Source: Dicyema japonicum
Taxonomy: Eukaryota; Animalia; Dicyemida
Reading direction: 5' to 3'
DNA length: 64,000 nt
Assembly: GCA_011109175.1 (NCBI GenBank)
Contig: RDEW01000001.1
Coordinates: forward strand, 1,192,360 to 1,256,359
Shown here: positions 50,001-61,055 of the stretch, piece by piece
How the letters are laid out: each line of letters begins with the position of its first letter
Position numbering within the stretch: position 1 is the stretch's first letter
Made by a program: the position numbers and the translations under genes
Notes under the pieces: model-generated
Database searches by the model: none
What the model was told of the DNA's origin: nothing
What the model saw: only the letters and a program-made list of their open reading frames with translations

Positions 50001-50499
50001 AAAGACTCGAGTATGCGGACGCCGTCCATATCGGAAATGCGCAGGAACGAAAAAGATGCGGAGACTGTTGAGGGAGGCTGGAATCACCCGAATTTTGTTA
50101 ATTTTGGATATGACGGTGGTTTTCTGGTTCAATAATAATAATTCATTAAGACGACAAGCATATCTCTTCCTACCTTATTTTACTGCCCTTGCAAAATTGT
50201 TAGTTAATTGCCACGACCTCACTAACTTGTGGAGACGGCTGCAATCAAGGGTCCAATGTTTGGCCCTCTCACAAGTCCTTTAGTTTCATTGGTGGTCCTG
50301 GTCCGGAAAGGTAGATAATATCTCTAGTTGGTTAGATGAAGGGAGGCAGAACTCTGATCCATCCCAGAGATGAAAATGTCTGGAGCGGATTTGGGATAGG
50401 ATTCTTTTTGAATCGCTATCGATGATTGCTTTTGAATCGTCTATTGGCGGGGGTGAGTTTTCTAGCAGGGCTTTTCTTTTTAAGGAACGATAGTGTCAG

Positions 50500-51570
50500 T
50501 TTTTTATTCCAAGACCACCGTTAAACCAAAAAACAAACTGTGACCTCGAGAAATATTTTCAAAGCAAGATTCTTCCCGGGAATGGAGTCGAAGACATTGC
50601 CTATGCGTGTGCATAGAACCCTCTTCTGTTGTGAAAAGCCAGAGTGAATGAAGTCATCCAGGGAGACTGGCAGTTGATCGGTCTTTTTGATGGAAATGTC
50701 TGTCAGGAAGAATGTCCTTGATTTTCACAAGGATGAGCTCTCCAAGAATTTGGACAGTGAACATAGAATATAACACGTGCCCATTTCGTTCTCTGTATTT
50801 TGAGTTTTTTAGCTTTTATTTCATCATTCAACGATTTTATACGGAGTCTTGCTTCAGGAGAAAGATCTCCCTCTTGATCTTCAACAGGGTTATGGTGGCT
50901 ACTGGTGTCATAGATGAAGGAACAATAATTTATTCTTGTAGAAAGAAGAGAGGATCAGAGTGTGATGTCCGGCGACGTTGGCTGATCTGAGATTCTGTTT
51001 GGCGTTCTCGTGTTTTCGGAAGGGCAGAGGAACGTCTGCGACAGCAGTAAATTTCCCCTTCCATCTGCGGGATGGCTTGTCAGCCAGAAGGGTGTTAAGG
51101 TCCCCACGGATCAAAACTTCATTTAAACTCTTCAGAACTGACAGGTCCACCAATGAGATTTTTTGGGCATGACTCAGGAGGAGGTACATAAATATTCACT
51201 AAAAACAATTTTCCACTTCTAGTTCTGACAGATATCCTGATGATCTCAGTTATTTTATCATTTCCCAGGAGTTTATTTTCGGTGGATTATCGTCGTATTT
51301 ACGGCCCTTCCCGATGAACGTGAGGAGCCCTCCACCCCGTTTCCTATAACTATCAGCCCGTATTATGTTAAATCCAGTAAAAAAGGCGTATGTCATAAAC
51401 GATAGCTTCGACTCTTGAGTGAGTATTATGTCAATCTTGAAATTTAAAATAAGTGCTCTAAATTCCATAATTTTAATTCCATTCAAGTTCATTTGAATAA
51501 CAGACATCCGATCTTTTGGTTTGCCTCGATCTGAAACAGGCAAGGAAATAAATTCGTCGACCGGAAACAA
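50500..51570 (-). mobile_element. I/Jockey-like LINE 5' portion (APE)
   Basis: VIQMNLNGIK...IDIILTQESKL...RKRGGGLLTFI; LIRGDLN. Confidence 0.7.
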
Positions 51571-51642
51571 GATATTAATATACGTTTTATCAAATATAAT
51601 CTATAATCTTTTTTTTCTATAAAATATTCGATGAAAGTTAAT

Positions 51643-51714
51643 GGCTCTATAGCTCAGTGGTAGAGCGTCTGTCTCGTAAACAGAAGGTCGTGGGTTCGAT
51701 CCTCACTGGGGCCT
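51643..51714 (+). tRNA. tRNA-Thr (anticodon CGT)
   Basis: Acceptor GGCTCTA/TGGGGCC, D arm GCTC..GAGC, anticodon stem TCTGT/ACAGA with loop CT-CGT-AA, T arm GTGGG-TTCGATC-CTCAC. Confidence 0.95.
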
Positions 51715-52685
51715 AAAAAATATTTTATTAAACGGGTTAATAGTGAGTCAGCGATAATTTATAATTTTTTTGCTGGAACTGACATCTAATTACCGTTAGA
51801 AATAACCCTTCTAGGTTTCTTCTCTTCAATCAAGGCCATTAGCGTTCTTCCACACCAGATCATACACTATCTAAACGCATCTCAGGCAAGCTTTTAATAA
51901 GTCTTGGTGAAGAACATCGAATACATCTAAACTTGGACCTCCCCAAACACATAGAGAATCAGCACCAGTGGAATTGTCTATTTTGCATCAACACTATAAC
52001 AAATTCTTTGCCTCCAGATCTATTAATAAGAGCTTTTTCCTGAGTATTACTTAAGAAATTTCTGACAATGACTGAATTCAAAAATTGTTAAGTATCCTCT
52101 ACATCTGGAACCGCTCAGATTTGACTAAGGGATAAAAAGGTCTCATAGGATGACTTGGTGTGAAATACCTAGCTTTGGACATAATTTTTGTTGTTGACTT
52201 TTCCTATTTTCCAACCTTGCACTGGCAGCTACTCCCACAAGAATAGCATCAGTAATGCCACCCAATATCTTGGACTTATTAAATGAAATTTAAACAATTC
52301 CCTCGTCTCCTTTGAAACACTTCTAGACGATGTAAGGGTCATGGTATCCGACGAATAGACGGACTATCTTAAACATCATTGTTCACGTGGTGGAGATGTC
52401 GATAGAAAGAAACTGTACCCTCTACCATCCAAAACTTCCTAACTCTGTGTTAAGCATCATTATCACGAAAGTATTTGATGGTGAAGCTTTATTTGGTTCA
52501 TGAATTTTTTGAACTGTATAGGCGGTTACAAGAGGTCAGATGCTGCAGTTTCAGTGCCACGGACTCAAGGATTCTACATAACGGAGAAATGAAAAAATCT
52601 TCAAAGCAAGATCGAGCGTTGTATAAAAATCAAAAGAAAATATTCGGGGCTGACAGAGTTGTATCCGATCTTTGTTGAGACATTC

Positions 52686-52941
52686 CTCTCTCTTCCTATT
52701 AGAGTAGCGTCATGTGATCACCTGTCTAGGTGGCGCCCAGTGCCAGGCCGGCACGAAAAGGATCATTTGCTGTTCCCCAGTCTACTGGAGGGGTTTCCAT
52801 AACTGCAAGTATGGACGTCTTTTACTCTTAATGTTGATTTCGAAAGGACTCTGTTTCAGTGGAAGTGGAAACTGGATACACTTAATTAGTTGTTTACTTT
52901 AACTTCCTTCTCGGTGTATCCGGGGTTAATAAATAAATAAG
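52686..52941 (+). mobile_element. ~260-bp non-autonomous SINE/SIDE-like element, copy B
   Basis: Matches the reverse complement of 45905-46160; ends CCGGGGTTAATAAATAAATAA. Confidence 0.8.
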
Positions 52942-53400
52942 GATTCCTTAAATGATATTTGCAATAAAATATTATTTCCTAATTTTCTTCCTAAAAGTAG
53001 GAAGTGTTTGTCTTCCTCAAGAGGCAGGGGTGTCTGGCAACAGTCAGAAACCACCATATTCGTAGAACCTAATGGCTCGCCGGTTGATCCCTGGGCCTAT
53101 CGTGAGAGAGGACACCGTTCAATTATGTCGGTAGGGATAGTTGGAACTTAGTAAATTTTCTTGATGTGAAAAAAAATATATTTTCTAAATTTGGAGATAA
53201 TTTATGAGTTTTGTTAAATTCTTATTTTTGGCCAACCTTACATTTTCATTAATTATTGCGGTAAATTGAATATTATTGCGAATGCACTGTGATTCTTGCT
53301 AAAAATTTGTGCTCAGTGCCGTGAATCTGCGAAGGAAGTAAAAATTCTAAATTTGTCATTAAATTAAGATAAATTTGTTTTTCGCGTAAATTTAACGAAA

Positions 53401-53820
53401 ATGCTATTTCTCTTAGTGTTAGCTGCTCTGGGAAAGTTTTCAAATAGCACAGACAACGCGTGCAGCAAATATATTGCCACAACACTCAACAACAATCAGC
53501 GTTATTTAATGGTTTACACGGGAACTGAGGAACATGGCTGGAGGAGCTTCAAGGTTCAGGATAAAACCGTTTTCATTGGGAATGATACTTCCAAAATTGG
53601 ATTCTGTGGAAGTGGAAATTACATCATCAAAAAAACTCCACAGGAAAAAGAAGTTGTGAGCATTTATTCCTTTGCTGAAGATGGAATCATTTATGGGAAA
53701 ATGAAGACAAGTATACAGCTAGAATGTGTCGACAACACAGTCACTAAAAAGTCACGCAAATCACCCGTTCTTGGATGTCTTGGAGCCTTTGTTTCTTTTC
53801 TTATTTTAAATGAACTCTGA
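53401..53820 (+). CDS. Orphan small secreted or GPI-anchored protein
   Basis: Uninterrupted 139-aa ORF, signal-like MLFLLVLAALG, N-glycosylation sequons, four Cys, hydrophobic C-terminus; AT-rich flanks like other host genes. Confidence 0.55.
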   Translation: MLFLLVLAALGKFSNSTDNACSKYIATTLNNNQRYLMVYTGTEEHGWRSFKVQDKTVFIGNDTSKIGFCGSGNYIIKKTPQEKEVVSIYSFAEDGIIYGKMKTSIQLECVDNTVTKKSRKSPVLGCLGAFVSFLILNEL

Positions 53821-54229
53821 AATAAATTTGTTTTTATTTTTGTCGCAAATTTATTAAAATATTCCTTTCAGAATTCTACAAATTCTGATTTTCGCGTAAG
53901 ACCGTGGTTAATTAGTCGAATGGCTAGGGATAGTGGCGTACCTCCCTTCTTCACTTCGAGATGGGTGAAAGACCACATCTTCCTTCTCGTGAGCATGGAG
54001 GGGGTGATGGACTCATGAGACATTGAAAACCCAAAATTTTGGAGGAAGTAAGTGTCGAATGCACTTATAACTCCTGTTCGAATCTCGCCCGGTCCAAAAT
54101 TGAAAGGACTTTGAGGATCATCTGTCTGAAGCTGCACGTGTAGGATTATAGTCGAAGGATAGTTCAACGCTCCAGTGGTGGTTTTGGATGATGAGAAACG
54201 ATGGATAAAAAACTGTTTTATTAAAATAA

Positions 54230-54460
54230 AAGAAACCGAAGGTCATAAAGCGGCAGCCCTGACCGCTATTACCTCTGAGGATGGCGAGCAAGGTTCGTTC
54301 AAATAGCCAGCAGCGCTCACGGAGATCTCTTTTTCGTGTAGAAATCCGATTCCCTAAACGACTCAGAAATTCAGCTTCGCAGCCGTAAGGGAACGAGACG
54401 TTTCAATCGCGGGTGGTACAAACAAAAAATCCTCGGGTAGGACCATGTACTTTTGATAGA
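54230..54460 (-). mobile_element. CRE-clade 3' fragment
   Basis: FLFVPPAIETSRS...EFLSRLGNRIST...DLRERCWLFERT.LAILRGN, alignable to 41990-42150. Confidence 0.75.
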
Positions 54461-55954
54461 AATGATAGATTTTATTTTTTGACATTGATTGACGTTGTTA
54501 CCGACATTCAACGTTAGAGGAATTTCCTCTTCTCTTCCAAAAACTTAGCTGACTAGAATCTCGTCCGTTATGGAGTCTCAGTCGCTTTCCTCCAAGAGAG
54601 TAGGCTAAACTGAGATTTGGAGGAACTAGTGGAGCCATACAGGTTGATCTTCCTAACAGACCGGATCATCTGGGGGAAGGATATAACTTTCTTATTGCGA
54701 ATGTAGATTATAATAATCTATTTTATCGATGGAAATCCTCCGATCGAGATGGAGACTGTTTGGTCACATTTACTCGGACGTACTAACAAATCGTGTGATA
54801 AAAGAATATTTCATGAAACAAGGAAAATTATTCTGAGGAAAGCCCAGGAAACTCGACCTTCTGTGTTAAATGCAGAAATAAGAGGCGTCGACAGAAAAAT
54901 AAAAACGACCAACAATCTCGATAACTAAGAGAACTTGCGAAAAAGAGTGGATGAGACTGATACAAAGGGTGGTTGGCGTGGCTCAAGGGACCCTTAACTG
55001 ACTATTTGTTTTTATGTGATCTCGGCTGAGCCTACAATAAGAATTAATTTTATTTTTGACATTGACAGTGTCAACGACTGTAGGTAGATCTTGCTTGTAC
55101 TCGCGACAATATGATTCTATGTATGTTGATTATATTAACTCTAATTTTACAAGAAAATAAGTCGTCTTAAGTTTACCACGTGGAATGAGTTGATTTAAAG
55201 CTCCGAAAGATAATGGACACTTCCACGAACGGTGACCATTCCCAGGGATGTAAAAATCATCTCCGTTCGTGAGAGTATCTGATCGTACCGCAGTCGCATT
55301 TCCAACTACTTTTTTACTTATTCCCAACCCCTCAAGAGGTTTCGAGACAGATTTTGACAAAGCTGAAGTGATTTCCAAGGGTTGAGTATTTTTTAAGATT
55401 CTTGTAGTTTTGTCTATCGAAATCTGACAGTTCCTCGCCAGTATGGACTTTTATGGACTTGAAGGGAGCATCGTGCTGAGTTGAGTCGGGGTCACTTAGT
55501 TCTGGTTTGATAGTTGGTTTATTACACAGATAAAGGAGACATTTCCTTTTTGGCAACTTTGGGATTGGACCATTTTATAATGGTCCACTAACTCCGATCA
55601 ATCCAATAGTCCTCTTGTACTATCATCCTGAATTTTTCGCTATTTAATGAAAGTTAAATTTTTTTGATCTCTTCATTAAGCCTTGTATTCTGCTTCGAAA
55701 TATTACTTGGTTCCAAGAATCCAAAGTTTTTTTGATTACCAATAAAATATACATAGGTTCTTTAACTGATATTCAACCACCTATCATATACATTCCGACC
55801 CCAAAATGGGGCAAAATTCCCTAATTTTGAGATTTTTCCCCAAAAATGATGGTTTTCTTAAAAGCTGAATAAAAATATGGAAAAATCACTTTTATAATAA
55901 AAATTAAAATTGTATTAAAAACAATATGAATCATTAGATTTTTATTTTTAGGTC

Positions 55955-56250
55955 CTCGTTATTCCAATAGTAATGATGTAGGAAGGAATTGCAACAATGT
56001 ACCATAAGGGTTATCTAACATAGTTGTAGGAAGCTACACCTACAGTCCATTGTTTTAAAGCGGATCCTAGAGAGCCTGACACTGGGTTAGGAGGCAGAGC
56101 CGGGAGATGCCATGTGGGCAAAGGGCTCAATTGGACAAGGCGCTCTCGGAGCAGTATCAGCAGAATCGAACCTGCCTAGGAGGTTGGCAAGCAGGCAGGT
56201 GAGGAGGGTTGTTGATTGTTAGATATTAACCTTTTCGTTAGTTAAATAAA
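55955..56250 (+). mobile_element. R4-like element, 5'-truncated second copy
   Basis: VIPIVMM*EGIATMYHKGYL..., then colinear with 34207-34480. Confidence 0.85.
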
Positions 56251-56799
56251 ACTGAGTTTAAATTCCGTTACTAATTTTCCCCATTTGGGGGTTTATTAAT
56301 AAAAAATTTCATTATTACCATTAAAATGATGAAAACTCCGTAAAATCGGGGTTTTACTTGCAGTTTGGGTTTCCCCAAAACGAGGTCGGATTGCACCTAG
56401 ATTTTTAAATGAGAAATAAGTCTTACAAAAACTCACTATGCTGATGATCCTTTAAGTGAGGAATCTCTCTGGATTCTCGTCCACGTCGGATAGGACCTCC
56501 CTTGTATCGGTCTGGGGTCACTTAATAAGTTGGGAACTTTCTCTCTTTTCCTTTTAACCTGGTGATCCTGAGGTAATAATAATCACTCTCGGAGAGCACT
56601 CCCTCGGTCGAGGAATTAGTCTTACAAATGACTCTCTGGTGACTGACGATCATTTACTAGAATCAGTCATACAAAGGGTCGTCCTATTAAATCAGAGGAT
56701 TTTTCCAATGAGAAAACTGAGTAAATAATCAAGTTCTAGTATATTAAACTACGTCAAATAATAAATCAATATTTTATTATAATTAGTCACATACAATTA

Positions 56800-58463
56800 T
56801 CTAAAAATTTTGCTAAAATGTTAAAATTAATGAAAACCGGCATTTCTCTGTATCTAGTCTCTATTGTGAGGAATAGTGAGGATAGAGAGGCCCCAAAACA
56901 TGTTAGGGAGTAAGTGACCATAGCCAAAGTGACTGACTTTCTTAACAACACCTAAATAGGAAATGATGTATACTTGTCCAACGAAAGGAGTGATGAGACC
57001 GCCAATCCTCGAAAAGAAAGATCCAATGCCCAAAGCGAGGCCTCGTACGACTGTGGGGTACACCTTAGTCTCACTAATAAGCGACAACTTCAATGGTGTA
57101 GAGGTAGACTGTGTTAATAAGGACAGTGGTGGACGCCCTAATAAAGAAGGACACGGTTGTTTGTCCCGCGTGATTCATGCAGATGGCCATAATGGCAAAG
57201 AGGACACCATTAAGAACAAGATCACTGTAAGGGACCATTTTCGTCCAATGAGTGAAAGAATGAGGCAGTTAATGGGGATTGCTGGTGGATAAAAAGTAAA
57301 ATCACATAAAAATTCCCCCAAAGTGGAGATTAGGAGATTCAGCATCTCTGATGTTGTTGTCTTGGCACAGTATGACTTTACGTGCTGGTTAGAGTCATCT
57401 GGGATAAAGTAGCATCATTACCAGTGGAAGTACATGAGGGGAGATTGGATATCTCAGAGGAGGCCAAGACCATTCCGTAGTAAGAGAATGCAAAGACGAA
57501 CCACATGAGGGGTATTATCAATGATACCACTTTGTATCCTGGATTGAAGAAGTCGGTCACTTTGGCCCTCTTTTCCTAAGAATAACAATATTCTCAACAA
57601 TGTTAATAATTGGTAGCAATCTCCCTTCTGGAAGAGTCGTCTTGTTGATTTTAGAAGCCATTTCTAGAATCTTCTTGGCTTCCCCTTCTCGTCCTGCAGC
57701 CAGTAGAAATCTGACAGATTCAGGGAGAAACTAAAATTGAGATCAATAGTTACCTTAAAGAATACAATGGATAACCCAATTGGAATGGAGGACACAGCTA
57801 TAAGCCACCTCCAAGTCAGATTGGGGAGAATCATAAAGGCCAGAGATATTTCAAGGAAGGTGCCCACAGTCCAGAGAGCAGATAGCAACAAATAGGACGT
57901 AGCCCTTTTAGAAGAAGGCAAATATTCAGCCAACAAGGTTGAGCTATTTTACAAGAGCGGAGTACCCTTGTGCCGCCCCGCTATGGAGAATCCTACAAGT
58001 GCCCGAAGGAAAGCCATCCAAACGTAGGAGGGACTCAGAGAAGAAAGGAATCCGTAAAAGAATACGTTAATTGAGGACAGAAAAAGAGCATTCCATCTCC
58101 CAAATTTATCAGCAACATATCCCCAGAAGAGAGCCCCAATGGACATTCCAATAAACACACACTTGATTCATATATAAACTAAACTGTGGTTATCAGAGCT
58201 ACTTGGACGTCACTGAGCATCCAGTAGCACCTGAGAGGGGGAGACAGCACTGCCAGAAGCATCATCTCCATTGCATCAGTGCACTGTTTTTTAGTTTTTA
58301 ATATTACTGAAAGAAATGCGACTATTCCGATTATTCTGTACTGAAATTTTCCCATTCCGATAGAATCAATAGCCGTTTCCACAGAATAGAAGGTCCCCGA
58401 GTCTTCCTCCTTAATGAGAATTTCCTGATCATCGTCCTGCTGGCTCAACCCTACATTTTCCAT
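56800..58463 (-). CDS. SVOP: SVOP (SV2-related MFS transporter)
   Basis: YSVETAIDSIGMGKFQY, DAMEMMLLAVLSP.LRC.W, VFIGM..GALFWGYVADKFGR, LLAEYLPS..RA, WFVFAFSYYGMVL, EVYPTVVRGLALGIGSFFSRIGGLITPFVGQ; 3' end approximate. Confidence 0.92.
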
Positions 58464-58869
58464 AATCAATTTACTAATGATTTATTTAATTATTCTGTTT
58501 TAGGTCATCCAATTTATATTATTTAAAAAATTATAAATTTATAAATAAAATACATTTTAACCAATAAAAGGTTTAAACCCAAAACGACTACTTGAATCAC
58601 AGCAGGACATCATCCTCCTATTCAGCCTTGTAATTGTATTCCCAAAGCATGGGAAACTAATATGTCCATTATAAACGACTCGATGGCGTTTAAAAACAAC
58701 ATGCTGTTTTTGTGACAATTTTAAGTATGTTTAGCTCTTAATGAAGATATTCTGATAATACTCCACTTTATCAGCCATATTAGCTATAGCTCCTCTCAGG
58801 AAGGACACACACTTTAATTTAAGCAAAAATCAGGACTAATCGTAAGGGGAGAACCAAGGAATGCTCTTC

Positions 58870-58960
58870 ACTTTTTTTTTCTTTTTGTTAAGTGTGAGTC
58901 CTTTTGTAGAAATCCGGTTCCGCTGTGACATGTTCAGTGATGACGGTGTCACCTGTCAAA
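58870..58960 (-). mobile_element. 3' half of the tRNA-derived SINE, second copy
   Basis: Reverse complement TTTGACAGGTGACACCGTCATCA...GCGGAACCGGATT...CTCACACTTAACAAAAAGAAAAAAAAG aligns with 14590-14680. Confidence 0.7.
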
Positions 58961-59026
58961 CGAATGCAAGATATTCAAATGAGGACAATAAATTAATAAA
59001 AATATAAAATAATTATTTAAATAATA

Positions 59027-59964
59027 ATGAGTCCAGTGAGGGATGTGTTATACGGACTTCACTCCATTAGATTGGCATTGGAATAGAGGCCGACGCACAT
59101 TCGACCACCTTTATTTACGACTCAACAATGCCAACAAAGTGGCAGACAAACATTTGCATATTCAAAATTGCCGCCACTAAAAGGCAAATTCCATTACTTT
59201 GCTCAATGGAAAGCAATTTAGTGAAATTACATCCAAATTGGAAAAATATATTGCTCCCTCGGTTATTCGGTCTCAAAGAGTGGCGCAGGGATGTTACCTG
59301 CTGTGTTCTCCACTTACTAAACAGCTGTTCGACTTCAAAAAGTATTCATTCAGTTTAGCCTCAGTTTTGACTGGAATAAAGCCAACCAAATAATAATAGT
59401 GATGGAATCAATATCGGTATGAGGTTGTACAAATTGAAGGATCCAATGAATTTGGCTTCTGTAGTGAGACTGGCGACGTTTTTCGGCATTTCATATGTGG
59501 TTACCGGCTTTGATAGGTCCCTTACTGCATTTACTTTAGTTGTGGACTCACTGCCTGTGTAAGCAAGTTCAGTGCTGGTGCTATGGAAATCACCGACGTT
59601 TACTGGTGTCAGTTGGAGGAGCTCATCAAAGTACTCTCATGGGTCAATTTGAAGACTGCCAGAAACCACGGTTGGATAACTGTGGGAGCCACTTCAAATA
59701 ACCACAGCGGTGTTCTTAGTCTCAACAGTCTTCCAGCTCTATCATCTACTATGATAGTCTTAGGTAAAGAAATTTATTCAAGCAGGGAACGAACGAAAGG
59801 GAATATCCCCTACTCTCTCATCCATTTGTGATTATTTAGTGACGATTCGTGGTTGTCCGACCTCTCCCATTGACTCCTTGAATGTTTCCTCTGCAACAGG
59901 CATTTTCTTATAATAACAGTCAGCTATTATAATCCACGATATACTAAGGAAGATTAATCTGTAG
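59027..59964 (+). CDS. MRM1: Mitochondrial rRNA 2'-O-methyltransferase (SpoU family)
   Basis: DVLYGLHSIRLAL, KDPMNLASVVRLATFFG, VSKFSAGAME, GWITVG, IVLG|NERKGIS...CDYLVTI...IDSLNVSSATA (SPOUT motifs 1-3). Confidence 0.88.
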
Positions 59965-60089
59965 ATTTTTATCCATTTTAATAAAATTGTCTTTAATTAA
60001 AATGATATTTTATAAAACAATAAATTTAAAATATTAAAATAGTATTTATGTTGTGCATTTGAACGCGGTTGTTTATTGTCTTAGTGGGT

Positions 60090-60985
60090 ATGAACAATAA
60101 CGGACCTTTACAACCCCCTGATCCAAACAATTCGAACGGAATGGTATACGGGCATTCCTTTGATAGGATACCGCTTATCAATGCCTACCCTGTTAACTTT
60201 GACAGCCACAGAAACGTCTCTAATGGTGGATATGGTTTATATTGTGTCTTATTGAAGGGAATCATCAATTTGTTGGGTATTCTGGTGGACATGAACCGAT
60301 GTTTGTCGGTGCTATTCCCACTAACATATATCCATATTATTGTAGTGATATAAAACCAAATCCTATGAATAATCCATATCCAAGCAAGCCTTTTCAAGAG
60401 GAACTTCCAGTATTCCACAAGGGGAGTGACTCAATGGATTCAGAACTACCAGATGAGGGGATTGACACTCAAAAGTTGGCATGCAGTGTCATCTCCGAAC
60501 TGAAAAAGTACAACATCCCCCAGGCCTTATTCTCTAATGTGATCCTTAAACGAAGTCAGGGAACTCTTTCAGACCTTCTGCGGAACCCGAAACCATGGAA
60601 TAAACTAAAGTCAGGGAAGGAGACCTTCAGAAGAATGAGAAAGTGGTTGATGGAGCCTGAGGAAGAGAGAATTGGCCGTCTCCGAGATGTTGGTTAGAAT
60701 CAATATTATTGATTTATTGATTGTAATTAATTTTTAGGGACTATTAGGAGAGATGTCTACACTCGACCTAGTAACAGGAAAAAGCCGAGACTAGTCTTCA
60801 CAGAATACCAGCGTCAGTCCCTCAATAACGCCTTCAGGGATTGTGAACGACCCTCTAAGGAGTTCCAGATCACCCTCTCAGAACGCCTTTCTCTCGAACA
60901 TAGCACTGTTGCTAACTTTTTTATGAATGCCCGTCGGCGGAATTCTGATAAATATTTAAGTGATGATCAGTCGTTCGACCATTGA
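60090..60985 (+). CDS. ONECUT: ONECUT/HNF6 transcription factor
   Basis: CUT domain ELKKYNIPQALF...RSQGTLSDLLRNPKPWNKLKSGKETFRRM; homeodomain KKPRLVFTEYQRQSL...RPSKEFQITLS..L.LEHSTVANFFMNARRR. Confidence 0.96.
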
Positions 60986-61055
60986 ATTTGTTTTATTTGA
61001 TTTTTTGTATCTATTTTCACGTTTTAATAACCAACATTTTATTAGTAACATAGAG

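Noticed and set aside
52731-52745. tRNA-Lys PBS-like TGGCGCCC
   Set aside because: Not preceded by an LTR ending in CA, no gag/pol follows, and the element has a LINE-type tail.
53020-53145. U4/SL-RNA-like GC-rich segment ending AAATTTTCTTG
   Set aside because: Only scattered short matches; no convincing U6-pairing region, splice donor or canonical Sm site.
54480-55700. Possible minus-strand gene, including a Cys-loop-channel-like LLVRP segment
   Set aside because: Similarity is limited to a few residues and the frames are interrupted.
59024-59050. Hammerhead-like TAATGAGTCCAGTGAGGGA
   Set aside because: Lacks the CTGA start and the GAAA core; it is the MRM1 start region.
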